The position numbers were made by a program, and so were the translations under genes. A DNA stretch of 63,691 bases, the filler included, from Squatina squatina (taxonomy: Eukaryota): assembly GCA_031763465.1 (NCBI GenBank). It is 4 parts of 4 records of this genome, joined end to end, with 100 filler letters (N's around TTAATTAATTAA, not from the genome) between each part and the next. Parts side by side here need not be neighbours in the genome. Positions count along the whole stretch, not along the records: positions 14,575 to 35,052 come from JARFOE010000001.1; positions 35,153 to 50,911 come from JARFOE010000233.1; 2 more parts are not named here. One strand, written 5' to 3'. Under the pieces are notes generated by a model, which searched no databases, was not told the DNA's origin, and saw nothing but the letters and a program-made list of their open reading frames with translations. Of the stretch, positions 27,089-40,539 are shown piece by piece. How positions within the stretch are numbered: the first letter of the stretch is position 1; every line of letters begins with the position of its first letter.

Positions 27089-27176
27089 TATGTACAATTT
27101 TCAGTCATATTTAATACAGTAATTACAACATTTGAATCAATGTGTTTCATAATGGATCTAAACAAATATTTCTCAC

Positions 27177-27341
27177 TGCCTTTTTTGCTATTTTCTTCCT
27201 CTCTTCATTCTCTGCTTCTGCTTGTTGCTTTTTCTTTTCCTCTTCTTTCTTCTTGCTGCAGGTTTCTTTAAGTGCATCTTTCTTCTTTGCCTTCCAGGCC
27301 TCAAATGAAGCATTTGCTTCTTTGTTGCTTTGAATCTTCTC
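27177..27341 (-). CDS. MAP9: Microtubule-associated protein 9 (ASAP), K/E-rich coiled-coil exon
   Basis: ttaaag|EKIQSNKEANASFEAWKAKKKDALKETCSKKKEEEKKKQQAEAENEERKKIAKKA|gtgaga; 165 nt in frame; ASFEAWKA motif; synteny with RBM46 and GUCY1B1. Confidence 0.8.
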
Positions 27342-28221
27342 CTTTAAAAGAAACAAAGCAACCCTCCGCTAAAACATTCAAACTTCATTAATAACAGAAT
27401 TTTTTAAAAATTCAAAAAACCATTGCAAATTATTTCATATGTGATTTTCCAACCAGCATTCTCTGTGAACACCGCTCCTCACAGGAGCACCTGAACAGGC
27501 AATAAGCACTGTGGTTAATACATTATGGGCGGCCAATTTGGGTTTTTAAAGTTTCTAGCTAAGCTAAGCGCCGAATTTAGCGCTGGAAATGGGACTCTTT
27601 GAAAATTTTAATTCAAGCCCCCAATTAGCCACTTTAGATTTTGAGCATTCAAACATGTGCAAACTTTAATGTTAAGAGGCCCATAGTGAATTGACCTATG
27701 TGGATGCATATTCCACAGCTTGTTTCCAACCTGAATTCCAGAGTTTGCTTGCAACCTGACAGGCCACTTAACAGTTCAGTTGACTTAAGTGCTTTCAACT
27801 TCTTTATAGGCCACTTAATAGTTTCCAGCTGTATGTGCCCCACATATAGCCTTGCTGACTGCTCAGTTGACTCAACTCACAGTTGAAACAGAGGAGCTCA
27901 CACAGCCCCTGCTCACTTCACACAGCCCNNNNNNNNNNNNNNNNNNNNNNNNNNNNNNNNNNNNNNNNNNNNNNNNNNNNNNNNNNNNNNNNNNNNNNNN
28001 NNNNNNNNNNNNNNNNNNNNNNNNNNNNACCACCCTTGTCAGCAGGTTTGATGACAATGTTGGGGTTGGATCTGAGAGAGCGGAGTGCTGCGAGTTCAGA
28101 GGGTGATAGGTTGGAGTGAGTGAGGGGAGCAGAGAAATTAAGATGGCTGATGTCACGTCGGCAGTTGGCAATGAAAAGGTCTAGAGAGGGTAAGAGGCCT
28201 GGTAAGAGATGGATTTGTTAA

Positions 28222-28450
28222 TGGCAAATTATGTCTGTCAAACTTGGTTGAGTTCTTTAATGGTATAATGGAGAAGGTTGATGAAGGTAGCGCAGTTGAT
28301 GATGTGTACATGGACTTTCAAAAGGTGTTTGATAAAGTACCACATAATAGACTTGTTAGCAAAGTTGAAGCCCATGGCATTAAAGAGGCAGGGGCTGTGT
28401 GGATACGAAATTGGCTAAGAGTCAGGAGGTTGAGAGTAGTGGTGAACGGT
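28222..28450 (+). mobile_element. CR1 LINE RT fragment
   Basis: GKLCLSNLVEFF...VDDVYMDFQKVFDKVPHNRLVSKV...WIRNWL...RVVVNG. Confidence 0.9.
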
Positions 28451-29460
28451 GGAGGCTCGTGATGACCAACTGTTCAGGCGAGCGGGAAGAACGGTGAGCC
28501 CGCAGCTGGTCAAGGCTGGGTTCAAATAGCCGAAGAGATGTCCGCAGCAGATGCAATGAATAGGACGCCTCACCAGTGTCAGAAGAAATTCAATGACTGC
28601 AGTGAAAGTAAGTACGCCTTGGTGCTCAGCCTAACTATCTGCTTGTTTGTGAGAATTCTTTGCAATGCAGCAGCCATTCCATATTGTCTTCATATTCAGT
28701 GTGCAAATACATGGAGCACTTATTGTGGGGCTTTGCCATGTGGCATAGTATGAAGGCCAGGCCATGCAATGCCCTTACCTATCTCACATATGCTTCTCAC
28801 ACATGTTTTGTCCTGTTCTCCAGCCCAAGGTCACCAGGGACAGGAGGGAGCAGCAGTAGGGGGAGAGGAGACTGACATGATACCCCTCTCAGACCTCGAT
28901 GAAAGAATGCTACACATCATTGGCCTACAGGTGGTGGACCTGGTCGCTGCTAGTGGGGTCCAGCCCATAGCTTATTGCATGGCTTATTGTGTTAGAATGT
29001 TGCAGATAAACCTTTTGCTTTATAATAGAGCACTTTGTCAATGTGACTGCATGGAATGCCCCATGGCTGCCCCCATCTGCCCTACCCTCTAATCTGTGTG
29101 CTGTTCCATTGATGATTTCAGATATTACTACATCACATGAGGTGCCTCCTGTGGGGCTTGAACGTAGTGCGTCTGACAAGGGGTCTGCCCATCAGGAGGA
29201 GGAGCAGGAGGAGGTGATGCAGGAGCAGGAGCAGGAGGAGCAAGGCGTGTCCACTGTGGAGCCAAGCGTCCACCAGCCTCAGGCGCCAGATCAGATAGTG
29301 GCACAACACGTAGTTTAGAAGTTAGGTCACAGCAGGGGTCTGCACTGGGTGATGGACCGGGTCCTAGTGGGATGCAGCAGTGTGTGCGGTGAAGGGAAGC
29401 TGGGGGGCGAGCTGGCCAGAGGGAGAGTTGGCCAATCAGCCCTGCTACAGACAGCTCAGA
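28450..29460 (+). mobile_element. Decayed Harbinger/PIF accessory gene (Myb/SANT-like DNA-binding protein)
   Basis: VEARDDQLF...(frameshift)WVQIAEEMSAADAMNRTPHQCQKKFND|gtaagt; second exon with DMIPLSDLDERMLHIIG; third Glu-rich exon. Confidence 0.7.
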
Positions 29461-31764
29461 TGAAGTGAGTCGCTACTATGATGGAAAGAAAAATCCANNN
29501 NNNNNNNNNNNNNNNNNNNNNNNNNNNNNNNNNNNNNNNNNNNNNNNNNNNNNNNNNNNNNNNNNNNNNNNNNNNNNNNNNNNNNNNNNNNNNNNNNCTG
29601 CCATAACTTCGCCAGAAGTTACATGGTTCAATGGGATTTCTGCCGCAATTCCTCCAAAGTTACAATGGTGGAGCGGAAGCAGCTCCAAGGAATATCCCAG
29701 CCACTGTCCGTACAGCATGCTTCCTGTTTTTTCAGGTGTCCAGTACTGTGGATCAATATCAATAATTTGAGCCTCTCAAAATATGTGTACAATGATATTT
29801 TCAGAAAAAATTCTGATGTTGACTTGCCATTAACAGTGCTTTCCATCACTTGTATCACATAAAAGTTTCAGCAGATTCAGACTCACTGAGACAGTAAAAT
29901 GTAAAATGTAAGATCTTTATTTGCCTCCAATGTCAAGCAAATTTCTACATATACAACATTCACGAATTATGGAATCCAGTACATGACACAGAAAAATGTA
30001 TATTTGACAGACAGATGTTTACGTAAGAGACATTTCACACGGTAGATGCCCACAAGATAGAACATTACTGGTAAAAAAGGGAAACATTTCAATCACTACA
30101 AACCTAAACAGCTTATCAGTCAGCTGCAGAGAATCAGATTCTTCTCACATACCATATTTTCCCAACTAATAGCTGACAATCACAGAACCTAGCAGCTGCT
30201 ATATACAGACATGATCATGGGTATAAAATCCTGATCACAAAACACAACGAGTTGATTAAGAAGTCAATCCAGAAAGACTCAAAGGAAATCTAAAAAATAT
30301 TATCAGCATTTATTAGGGCATGGCACAATTTGCCTCTGCCACATTTAACTACCGATTGATTGATAGATTTCCATTACATTGCTAAAAAGGCTGGTTTAGT
30401 ATCAGTACATCTACATAGGAAGAGGGACTGGTTGCTTCTTTCCATAACCAGTGAACTAATATTGAAGACAGCACTACTTATTGTGTCATTGAATTAGTCA
30501 GTACTTGCTTAGACCTGCTCTCGGCATTAATCGTGGTACACAAGGATCGGAACAGCTTTGTTTCTCCCTGCGTGACAAGCAACGTGTAGCCACAATGGGA
30601 ATAATTAACCCTCTCCCTGGAAACTTGTCCCTTCAAGGCACAAAAAGCTGACAAATAATTCTGGATTTGAAAGGTTAAGCGAGGGCATTGGCTGGAGAGT
30701 GACATTTGAAAATGGCAGCACTGGCATCAAATCAGCGTTGCACACTGATCTACTTGCTCTGTATGCTGCCAGCGGTCATTAATTGCATGCAAGTTACTAT
30801 ACCAAGATGGCATCCACCGCACTTCCCATCACAAATGTGGGCGTTCATCTAGGTCCCGATTTTAGCAGGCCACTTAGCACCTAATAAACGGGCACTACAG
30901 NNNNNNNNNNNNNNNNNNNNNNNNNNNNNNNNNNNNNNNNNNNNNNNNNNNNNNNNNNNNNNNNNNNNNNNNNNNNNNNNNNNNNNNNNNNNNNNNNNNN
31001 AAATCTCGCTGATGATTCATTAAGAAAATGTGAGCACATGATAATTACAGAATACATTTTATTTCAAAAGATAATAAATCATATGGAAAACAGATGTGAC
31101 TGGAAATCATTTTCCATTCATAATCTGCTGAGTTTTCAGAACACACAACACTTGCAAAGGTTGTATGGAGGCTTATTTTAATTCAATCATTCAGTGTTAC
31201 TAGTTAAAAATGGTAGAAGATTGACTTCTCTCTTCTATAGACTCAAACTTCAGCACTGCATTAAATAGAGAACATGACTCCACTGGTGCGACCATTGGCT
31301 TTGCTCCAGAGAAGAAAGGATTACACCTAAACATAATGACCCAGATTATACGGGCAGTCGTGAACGAACAGTTCATTACACTTACATTTTCCCACAGACT
31401 TTCTATGGGTTTTTGCACTGGAACTTGCAGTGATTCGAAAGCCACTTCAGTGCAGCGCCCTGTACAGGGGAGCTGGGACCTGTGTGAACAGGACAAGCAA
31501 CTGTGTATCTCCTTAACTGATCAGACCGAAGAATCCTTACTGAGGCACACAGGCCAGTAGTGCCAATTAATATATTGAATTCAATGTAAAATCATGCACA
31601 GGAAACAAAATAAAGAGAGGGAAAGAAAGAAGGGATTAAGAGAGAGATAAAAGAGACANNNNNNNNNNNNNNNNNNNNNNNNNNNNNNNNNNNNNNNNNN
31701 NNNNNNNNNNNNNNNNNNNNNNNNNNNNNNNNNNNNNNNNNNNNNNNNNNNNNNNNNNTATTTA

Positions 31765-31914
<150 letters not shown>

Positions 31915-32534
31915 TCAAATGAACTGCTGCTGTACAAACCCTAAATTATTAATATACAAAAACCTATGTCATTTCCAAGATCTATAATAACTTATTAGAG
32001 AACAGAGAGGAATTCATTGTTTTATTTACATTGTATTATTCAACTTTAGATGAAGGCACAGTATTTTTCTCCCATTTATTTAGAGATCCAAGGATTGGTT
32101 TGTTTTTCCAGCGTCTCAATGTAAGAAGCAGCTGGTTAATTAAGTGCAGCTAATCTGAACTAATTGGCATTTTCCTTAAGGGAGTGCACTAATGGCCAAC
32201 TGAGACTGTGAACACCACTCATCACCACTCTTTGGTATGCTTCCACAAGACCTCATTATGCACCACTATGTTATTTTTATTTCCTCTTACTGCCAGCTCT
32301 CGATGAGGACTAACCTTTGCTCAACGAAAAAGCTCTTTCTGTGCCGATGTGGGAATTGTAACAAAAATGAGTCATAATTCTCCACATAGGGAAGGTCGAA
32401 AATATGGATGCAGGGACGGATGAATAGTTTGGCCTTTCACTTGATAACCTTTGGAGTTTCAGGTTTAACAGTATGTTTGGAATAGGATCCACATTAGAGC
32501 GTGGTCTTTGGAAGGAACAGGCTTGCAGAACTAA

Positions 32535-32841
32535 TTTCTTTACTCTAGTGAGTGGGTCAATAATTAGAGGTCATAGATTTAAAATCAGGGGAGAGGAGGA
32601 GAAATGTTTTCACTCAAAGGGTTGTTGGGATCTGGACTGTTCTACCGGAAAAGGTGGTGGAAGCTGATTCCATCAATAATTTTAAAAGGGAGTCGGACAG
32701 GCACTTGAGGATGAAGAAACTACAGCATTATGGATGAAAAGTAGAGATGTGGAACTAAGGACGACTGCTCTTCCAAAGAGCCAGCACAGGCATAACAGGC
32801 CAAATGGCCTACTCCTGTGCTGTACGTTTCTCTGATTCTAT
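32535..32841 (+). mobile_element. CR1 3' end
   Basis: RGHRFKIRG, then GGCCAAATGGCCTACTCCTGTGCTG...GATTCTAT. Confidence 0.75.
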
Positions 32842-32921
32842 ACTTTATGGGGCCAAAATTAGCCTCTTTTAACGATACCCATTCACACCTCTGAGGGGCG
32901 CTAATGGGGCATTATTAAAAA

Positions 32922-33005
32922 GAATGGCGAATGGTATGTTGGCCTTCATAGCAAGAGGATTCGAGTACAGGAGCAGGGATGTCTTGTTGCAGTTGTACAG
33001 GGCCT
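32922..33005 (+). mobile_element. CR1 LINE ORF2 fragment
   Basis: ANGMLAFIARGFEYRSRDVLLQLYRA. Confidence 0.85.
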
Positions 33006-33105
33006 NNNNNNNNNNNNNNNNNNNNNNNNNNNNNNNNNNNNNNNNNNNNNNNNNNNNNNNNNNNNNNNNNNNNNNNNNNNNNNNNNNNNNNNNNNNNNNN
33101 NNNNN

Positions 33106-33582
33106 TTTGTCACTCTACAGCCATGTTTCTGTAATTGCAATTATATCGTACCCATTCGCATCTATTTGTGCCATTAATTCATCTACCTTATTGCGAATGC
33201 TTCGTGCATTCAGATAAAGTGCCTTTCAATTTGTCATTTAAAAAGTTTTTTGTATTTGTCTCTATTTGCTGCGAGCCTTTGTTTCCACTGCCTTCCAATT
33301 TTACTCACTAATTTTCTGCCTCTCATTTCCAGCTTTTGTTTCTCTCCCTTCTGAATCCCATCTCGGGTTCCCCTCCCCAACAGTACTAGCAAATCCCCTG
33401 CGAGGATATTGGTCCCGGTCTTGCTGGGGTGTAACCTGTCCAGCTTGTACACGTCCCACCTTCCCCAGAAATGGTCCCAATGTCTCAGGAATCTAAAGCG
33501 CTCCCGCCTACACCATCTCTCCAGGCACACGTTAATCTGGTCTATCCTCCTATTTCTGTGCTCACTAGCACATGGCACTGAT
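33106..33582 (-). mobile_element. CR1 LINE ORF1 (SGNH esterase-like) end and ORF2 endonuclease start
   Basis: ORF1 RFLRHWDHFWGRWDVYKLDRLHPSKTGTNILA, then ALYLNARSIRNKVDELMAQIDANGYDIIAITETWL*. Confidence 0.85.
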
Positions 33583-34275
33583 GTACACTAAAAACTGAAA
33601 ACTTTCCCCTTTCTGTCCAGATCACAGAAGAANNNNNNNNNNNNNNNNNNNNNNNNNNNNNNNNNNNNNNNNNNNNNNNNNNNNNNNNNNNNNNNNNNNN
33701 NNNNNNNNNNNNNNNNNNNNNNNNNNNNNNNNGTGTGTGGCGTCCAGGAGTGCTCTGCGGCTTGCTCACGCCCAAGATCGATGAATTCTGCGGGGGCCGG
33801 GGCGGGGTGGGAGCCGGCGTGAGAAATGCTAGCTCCCAGCCCGTAAGCACCCCAAAGGGATGCAAATCAATTTTGGCCCCACAGACTGTGATGTTCATAA
33901 AACGGTATGATATAGCACAAAAATACATCTTGTTGTTTAATTGTGCAGTTCATTTATTTTTGATACAAAGAGAATATCACTTGCAAGGATCATCTGGAGA
34001 TCAGCAAAGGGTAGAAGTCCACCAGAACAGATATAAACTGGGCCGGGACCTGGATAGGCCGGATTCTGGCTGTGGGGCCCAGTTGCCAGGGCGACCTTTT
34101 CAGGCTGGAGGCTCTGCCCATCTCTCTAAGGCCAGTGACATAAGTGGGATGGGGGTTCCCTAAAATTTTAACAAACAAGCAACAAAAAGCTATATATGAA
34201 ATTGTATCAGAGTTCTCTGCTGGATCAATATATAAAATGCAAGATTTTACATTTTCTAAAATTATGATGCATTTA

Positions 34276-34608
<333 letters not shown>

Positions 34609-35096
34609 CTAATGCAGCATTAAGATACTTATTCAGAAGCGAAAGATAATTATTGCAACCTTGCTCGAGGATGGAGATATTATGGTGAAAATGCCATGCA
34701 CAGGATGATCAAACGAATCCCGGAGAACACATTGGCCATGACTTACATTACTTGATACCTACTGACGTACAGTTTAATAAGATATCAGGCTTATTAGAGA
34801 TGGTCCATGTCGGGTTTGTTGTGTTTGTCTTTTTGAAATTTCTTGTTCAATTAAATCAATTAGATTTACACACTCTTTATGTAGTGAGGAAGCATGTCCC
34901 TGAATTGCCATGGCGTTCTAACAACCTCCGACTGTAAATTCGACAGTAGTTCAGCACAACCCCTGGAGAAATGGCATAAATGGCCATTTTTAGCCATTTA
35001 CACCATTTTTCCAGGAGATCTGCTAGAAAACCGCTGTGGAAATTGCAGGTTTNNNNNNNNNNNNNNNNNNNNNNNNNNNNNNNNNNNNNNNNNNNN

Positions 35097-35108
35097 TTAA
35101 TTAATTAA
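35097..35108. other. Artificial linker TTAATTAATTAA
   Basis: Same N44-12mer-N44 structure. Confidence 0.95.
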
Positions 35109-35607
35109 NNNNNNNNNNNNNNNNNNNNNNNNNNNNNNNNNNNNNNNNNNNNGAATTGGCTTCCCACAGCCACCTGATATTATGAAACAAACCAAAACTG
35201 ATGAAACAGCACCATTGTGCTCTTTTTAATGCATTGAGATGAGACAAGTAAGGATGATTAAAATTTTTGTCCATGCCTGGGTGGTGAAGCTCAACCCTAA
35301 ACTAATAAACTGTTGAAAAACATACATCGTTCTAAGCTCAAAATTGTCTGATCTGCTGTGTACTGGAACTATAATTTTGTATTTATTTATGGCTATAGTT
35401 TTTATGAGGTGAGGAAATGACTAAAATTCAACTATTGATTATAAAATAAGTAAAGAATTTACCATTGTAGCTCATAGAGATATCAAAATTCATAAGCAAT
35501 CACAATAAAAGTTATGTTGGTCAGACCACATAAGAAATAGTATCATCATCCTTCAGATATTATCAAATCTCTGGGTTTTAGTCTTGTTTTAAATCACCTC
35601 AATTCTG

Positions 35608-35678
35608 TTCATAGAATTAGAGAATCTCACAGCAGAGGAGGAGGCCATTTGGCCCATCGTGCCTGTGCTGGCTCTTTG
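35608..35678 (-). mobile_element. CR1 3' tail
   Basis: CATAGAATTAGAGAATC...GGAGGCCATTTGGCCCATCGTGCCTGTGCTGGCTCTTTG. Confidence 0.75.
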
Positions 35679-36365
35679 NNNNNNNNNNNNNNNNNNNNNN
35701 NNNNNNNNNNNNNNNNNNNNNNNNNNNNNNNNNNNNNNNNNNNNNNNNNNNNNNNNNNNNNNNNNNNNNNNNNNNNNNCCGAGCAGTTGACGGTTCCCTG
35801 TACCACGTGTAGCAGGATCAACCGGGCTGCGATAGAAGCACAGCAAGACTCCAGGTAAGGAGGCAATAACTGTATTGCGTGCATTCGACAGTTCCTAAGT
35901 GCAGGCAGCAACATTGTCAATTGGCTGCTGAAAATATGTAAATGCACCTCACCGTGAAAAATTCATTGTGGTCAGCACTGACGACCTGAGGCAGGGAAAA
36001 AGCCTGCCTCACCAATCTGCTGCTATGGATTGCACAAGGGAGGAAAGTCTCAGCTTGCATCTCTGATTCCATATTCAAATAAATTTCCATATTTGAGGTT
36101 TTAAATAATTCATTTTGGATAATGTTTAACTAACTCTTGTTGAAACCTCTTTAGTTGAAATTCAAACAGTTGTTAAGAACTTGTTTTAAATGCTTTTTAT
36201 TTTTGCAAGTACAATGAACAGGCAAAAAGTTTTGGCATGATTGATTGTTTAAGTGGGAAATTGTAAACAGTTTGCATCAGTACATTGCAGAAAAGTGCAA
36301 CCATCAACAAGATTTCTAGTGCGGATATGGCTGTACTTTTGCTGTTCGTGTTTCTTATTTCTTAC

Positions 36366-36547
36366 CTTGGACGTGGATGCTGCTGGGTTGTGCTGATGAG
36401 GCTGTGATTGGCGGGTACGGTTTGAGGTGGGATCCTGAAAACTGCTGTAGTTGGGGTGGTTGTGGTGTTCTTCTGTGCATCAAGGGAGGAGGTGCTGTAA
36501 TTCTCCTGGGACTGATGTGATGAGGAGAAGGAGCTGAGGCTGCAAAT
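36366..36547 (-). CDS. GLIS3: GLIS3 C-terminal-region exon
   Basis: ctgcag|(R)FAASAPSPHHISPRRITAPPPLMHRRTPQPPQLQQFSGSHLKPYPPITASSAQPSSIHVQ|gtaag. The true frame differs from the ORF track. One intervening exon is not in the window. Confidence 0.88.
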
Positions 36548-38099
36548 CTGCAGACAAATCAGAAATGATATAATGACATAAGCTGACATTTTCACTTTAC
36601 AAAGCTGCCCCTTATATATGAGGGACCTAATGCCTGTTTTAGGTGGATTTCAAAAAGAATCATGGGTATCTTTACCACACTACAAACAATAGTTAATGCA
36701 GTGAATCGCGGCCAGGGATGATCTCCTCCCTTGTGGTAAAAGTCTAAAGATATCAAAAATAGAGCACACAGCCCTAAAGATTTCACATTTGGTTTAGCAT
36801 CTATAAACAATTGCAGGCCATCTTGTAATGCAAAAGANNNNNNNNNNNNNNNNNNNNNNNNNNNNNNNNNNNNNNNNNNNNNNNNNNNNNNNNNNNNNNN
36901 NNNNNNNNNNNNNNNNNNNNNNNNNNNNNNNNNNNNNGCAGCAGTGCTCATCCTGGCCCCACAAAACAACTGTGGGCTACTGCTTTCTGGCCCACCCTCG
37001 AACTCTGACTGATCACCTTCATCCCCCAGACCAACCTGTGGACCTTGGCGCACGGCGAAATTGGTAAAACCCAGAGAGGCGAGCTGCATCGGAGTGCCTG
37101 ATTGGCACCCGCAGCTCACCTGAATTGTTATGGTGAGGCCTAAATGTAGGATGGTACTTGGGCTTGTCTGTCCCAGCTAGCTGTTGCTGTAAATTGCCAG
37201 AGTTACACCCGGTTTCAGGCGCTAACTAATTTAGGGGTCATTCTCCTTTTCAAAGCTCATGTCTTCTGTCATCTGAAGTAATAACTACCTTGCATCTAAA
37301 GCAAGATGTATTCACTTTTCAAAAGAAAAGAGATACAGAAGGATATTCTATTTTAAGACTATTAATAATGACTATTTATTATGATGTCATAACTAAAAAC
37401 CTACACTAATTGTCACTGCTATGATACAAGATCACTGGCATAATGTAAAAAATATCATGTGGAGTAGTCCCTAAAAATAGTTTTTTCACATTTCACTCCA
37501 TGGGTCCTCATACTCTTGTTGTAAACCAATGAAATCAAATAAATACATATCCTGTAAAATTTTGCTTACATTTAATAGTAGTTATTTGTGCAAGAAACAT
37601 TCTTTGTGACACAGTGATGTATCTGAGTCCATCTCTGACAGTGAGAGGTAAAATTATTTATAGGTAACAAAATACACTTGTAATAGCCTAAGGTATGCAG
37701 CACAATAACGACAAGCATGCTGCAATACATTTACATTAAGTGCTGCCTAGGGGGTTTATGTTCATTGTCTGGATCCTTTAGATTAGTAAAAGTCACTCTT
37801 TTATTGCTGGTGGATTGCTTTTAAGTTCGTCTCGAGACACTTAAAGTGATTGACAGGTGGAACAATTGATTGGGCACACCAGGAGAACGTATCAGTAATA
37901 TTCATTGCTTGTGTGACTGGGAGATTTTGAGATTAATCTGGAGCTGGTATTAATTAGAATGTGAGATTATAGGATCTGGTTGTAGACTCTTTTCTCCTTT
38001 CCCAATTTTAATATAGGATTATTATTTCTACAATACAATTTAGATATTAAGGTAAAATAGCTCTGCATTAAGGTCAACTTATAAACAATACCAGCAAAG

Positions 38100-38259
38100 T
38101 CTCTTCTCTTTGGCAGACACTCGGGGGCGAGGATGACCTGCTTTCACTCCAGTATTGTGGGTTCTGAGGTGACTAAATAGTCCTATACTGGATCCACAAA
38201 CTCTACCACAGGTGAGGCAGGTGGTGTTTGATGGGGTGAGTGGGTGGGATGCTCGGGTT
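38100..38259 (-). mobile_element. RTE-clade LINE 3' end
   Basis: TTCLTCGRVCGSSIGLFSHLRTH, the C-terminal Cys/His motif of RTE elements. Confidence 0.75.
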
Positions 38260-39249
38260 NNNNNNNNNNNNNNNNNNNNNNNNNNNNNNNNNNNNNNNNN
38301 NNNNNNNNNNNNNNNNNNNNNNNNNNNNNNNNNNNNNNNNNNNNNNNNNNNNNNNNNNNATAAAAATTGCTTGATTGAATTAAGTGAATAGCTTTCTTGA
38401 AGCTCACTGTCAGCCATCCTAGAAACATATACTGACTTACACTAAAAAGTATCTGATCTTAGAGTCTGATAGGGACTAGAAAGTCCATGTGTAGGACAGA
38501 TTGGCCTACTATGAAATACTGCAGCACACAGAGATATTCAAGAACCCAAAGGCAAATGTCAAGGTTCCATTAGTCAATAATATTAAAATAAAAAAAGAGA
38601 CAAGGGATTTAGCCATTATGTGTCTGCGTCTCAAAGACTCATGTCTTGGACTAAATCCCTTTTAGCCGTAACAAAAAAAATTCAATTACAATGCCCAACA
38701 TAGCCAAATTCCCAGTTTTGAAAATTCAGGCTCTTGTTATTAAAATATATTAATTTTCCTTCTTAAAAAAGAAGTCAGCAGGATATTGATGCTCATTCTT
38801 GCAATGACTGCCATATGAAAAACCAGCTGGCTTGAGGAAGTGGATTCATCATTTTAATCCCTTCATCATCACAGCATTAATAATGTATGGAATAATGTTA
38901 TTTTAGACAAAAGCTGAATTCTTTTCTGTCCTTTGATAGCCCTCGTTTATTATCCACCAGGAGCATGACGAGACAAGTCCTTTGGGCTGCATCAGGTGCC
39001 TGTCAGAGTGACAGGACAAGAGCTGGTTTGTCTCTGACACCAAACCCTCAGCTAGTTTGATGGCAAACAATAGCACCTGTNNNNNNNNNNNNNNNNNNNN
39101 NNNNNNNNNNNNNNNNNNNNNNNNNNNNNNNNNNNNNNNNNNNNNNNNNNNNNNNNNNNNNNNNNNNNNNNNNNNNNNNNACACCCACTCTATTGTGCAA
39201 AACAATGAAATATAAACATTGCACTTGAACCAAAGAAACTATTACAATT

Positions 39250-39960
39250 ATGAAATAAAAACAGGAAATGCTGGAAATACTCAGCAGATCAGGCAGCCTC
39301 TGGAGAGAGAAACAGAGTTAACGTTTCAGCTCGATGACCTTTGGGAAGAACAGGAAAAAAGTTAGAGATATAACAGGTTTTAAGCAAAGGTTGAGGCAGG
39401 GAAAGGGAAGGAAAGAACAAAAGAGAAGGTCTGTGATAAGGTGGAAGGCAGGAGAGCTTAAATGACAAAAGATATGATTGCGCAAGAGATAGAAGAGGTG
39501 TAAATGGGAATAACAGGATCATCAACAGCTGTCGTCCGATAAAATGGGGGCAGAGGTTAGGATCTGAAATTGCTGAATTCAGTGTTGAGTCCGGAAGGCT
39601 GCAAACTGCCTAATCGAAAGCGGAGGTGCTGTTCCTCAAGCTTATGTTGAATTTCATTGTTAGTGTAGGTTGAGGACAGAGAAGTCAGGGTGGGAGGGGA
39701 GCGGAGCGGAGAATTAAAATGGCAGGCGACCGGAAGCTCAAAGTCATGCTTGCAGACTGAANNNNNNNNNNACGGAGGTGTTCTGCAAAGTGGTCACCCA
39801 ATCTGTGTTCGGTCTCCCCAATGTAGAGGAGACCGCATTGTGAGCAGGGAATACAGTATACTACATTGAAAGTACAAGTAAATCGCTGTTTCACCTGAAA
39901 TGAGTGTTTGGGGCTCTGAATGTTGAGAAGGGAGGAGGTAAAAGGGCAGGAGTTGCATAA
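39250..39960 (-). mobile_element. Penelope-like element, GIY-YIG endonuclease and terminal region
   Basis: RFTCTFNVVYCIPCSQCGLLYIGETEHRLGDHFAEHLR. The terminal AAAACAGGAAATGCTGGAAATACTCAGC motif recurs as remnants near 25991, 55375 and 58220. Confidence 0.85.
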
Positions 39961-40397
39961 CCTATTACATTTGCCATAGTCACACTAAAACAAACCTTCC
40001 TGAACATGCAAGCACATGAAATTAACAGAAGCAGTACCGGAATAGTTAACTTGGACTCCATAACTTTACAATTAAATTACAAGAAATGATGATGCAGAAA
40101 TGGAGTGTAACCACAACACAACCTGTGCTGGTTTCCCAACCGTTTCAGCAAGGCCGTGTCCAAAAGGCAGAAGGTGTAGAAACAAGCAAGGTCTATGGGA
40201 GTGGTGGAACTATGGAAGCACAGCGTTTCTGGGATTGATTCTTCCAATCAATAGAACTTCAAAAATTATAAGCACATTGAATGGCACCAGCTACAGGCAG
40301 CTCGTCCGAAACCAAAATAGGAAATGATAAAGATAAAAGCACTGTACAACTGAAATATATTTAATGCAAATTATTTCAGAGGTTTTTAAAAGCTTAC

Positions 40398-40539
40398 CTG
40401 AATACATGTCATGAGGGGGTCCTGGTGATCGCCCCATAGTGCTGTCCACAGCATCTTGTGGTGATGTAGCAGGCTGAAGCGGTTGAATAGTGAGGCAGTC
40501 ATTGAGCATATCCTGGTCTGGCTCATTGCTGGATCTTAA
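40398..40539 (-). CDS. GLIS3: GLIS3 exon following the zinc fingers
   Basis: tacag|LRSSNEPDQDMLNDCLTIQPLQPATSPQDAVDSTMGRSPGPPHDMYS|gtaagc; joins the finger exon in phase 0; LQPATSP and GRSPGP motifs. Confidence 0.9.

Noticed and set aside
36362-36595. Ser/Thr-rich ORF with a signal-peptide-like start
   Set aside because: Wrong frame; the splice-defined frame encodes GLIS3.
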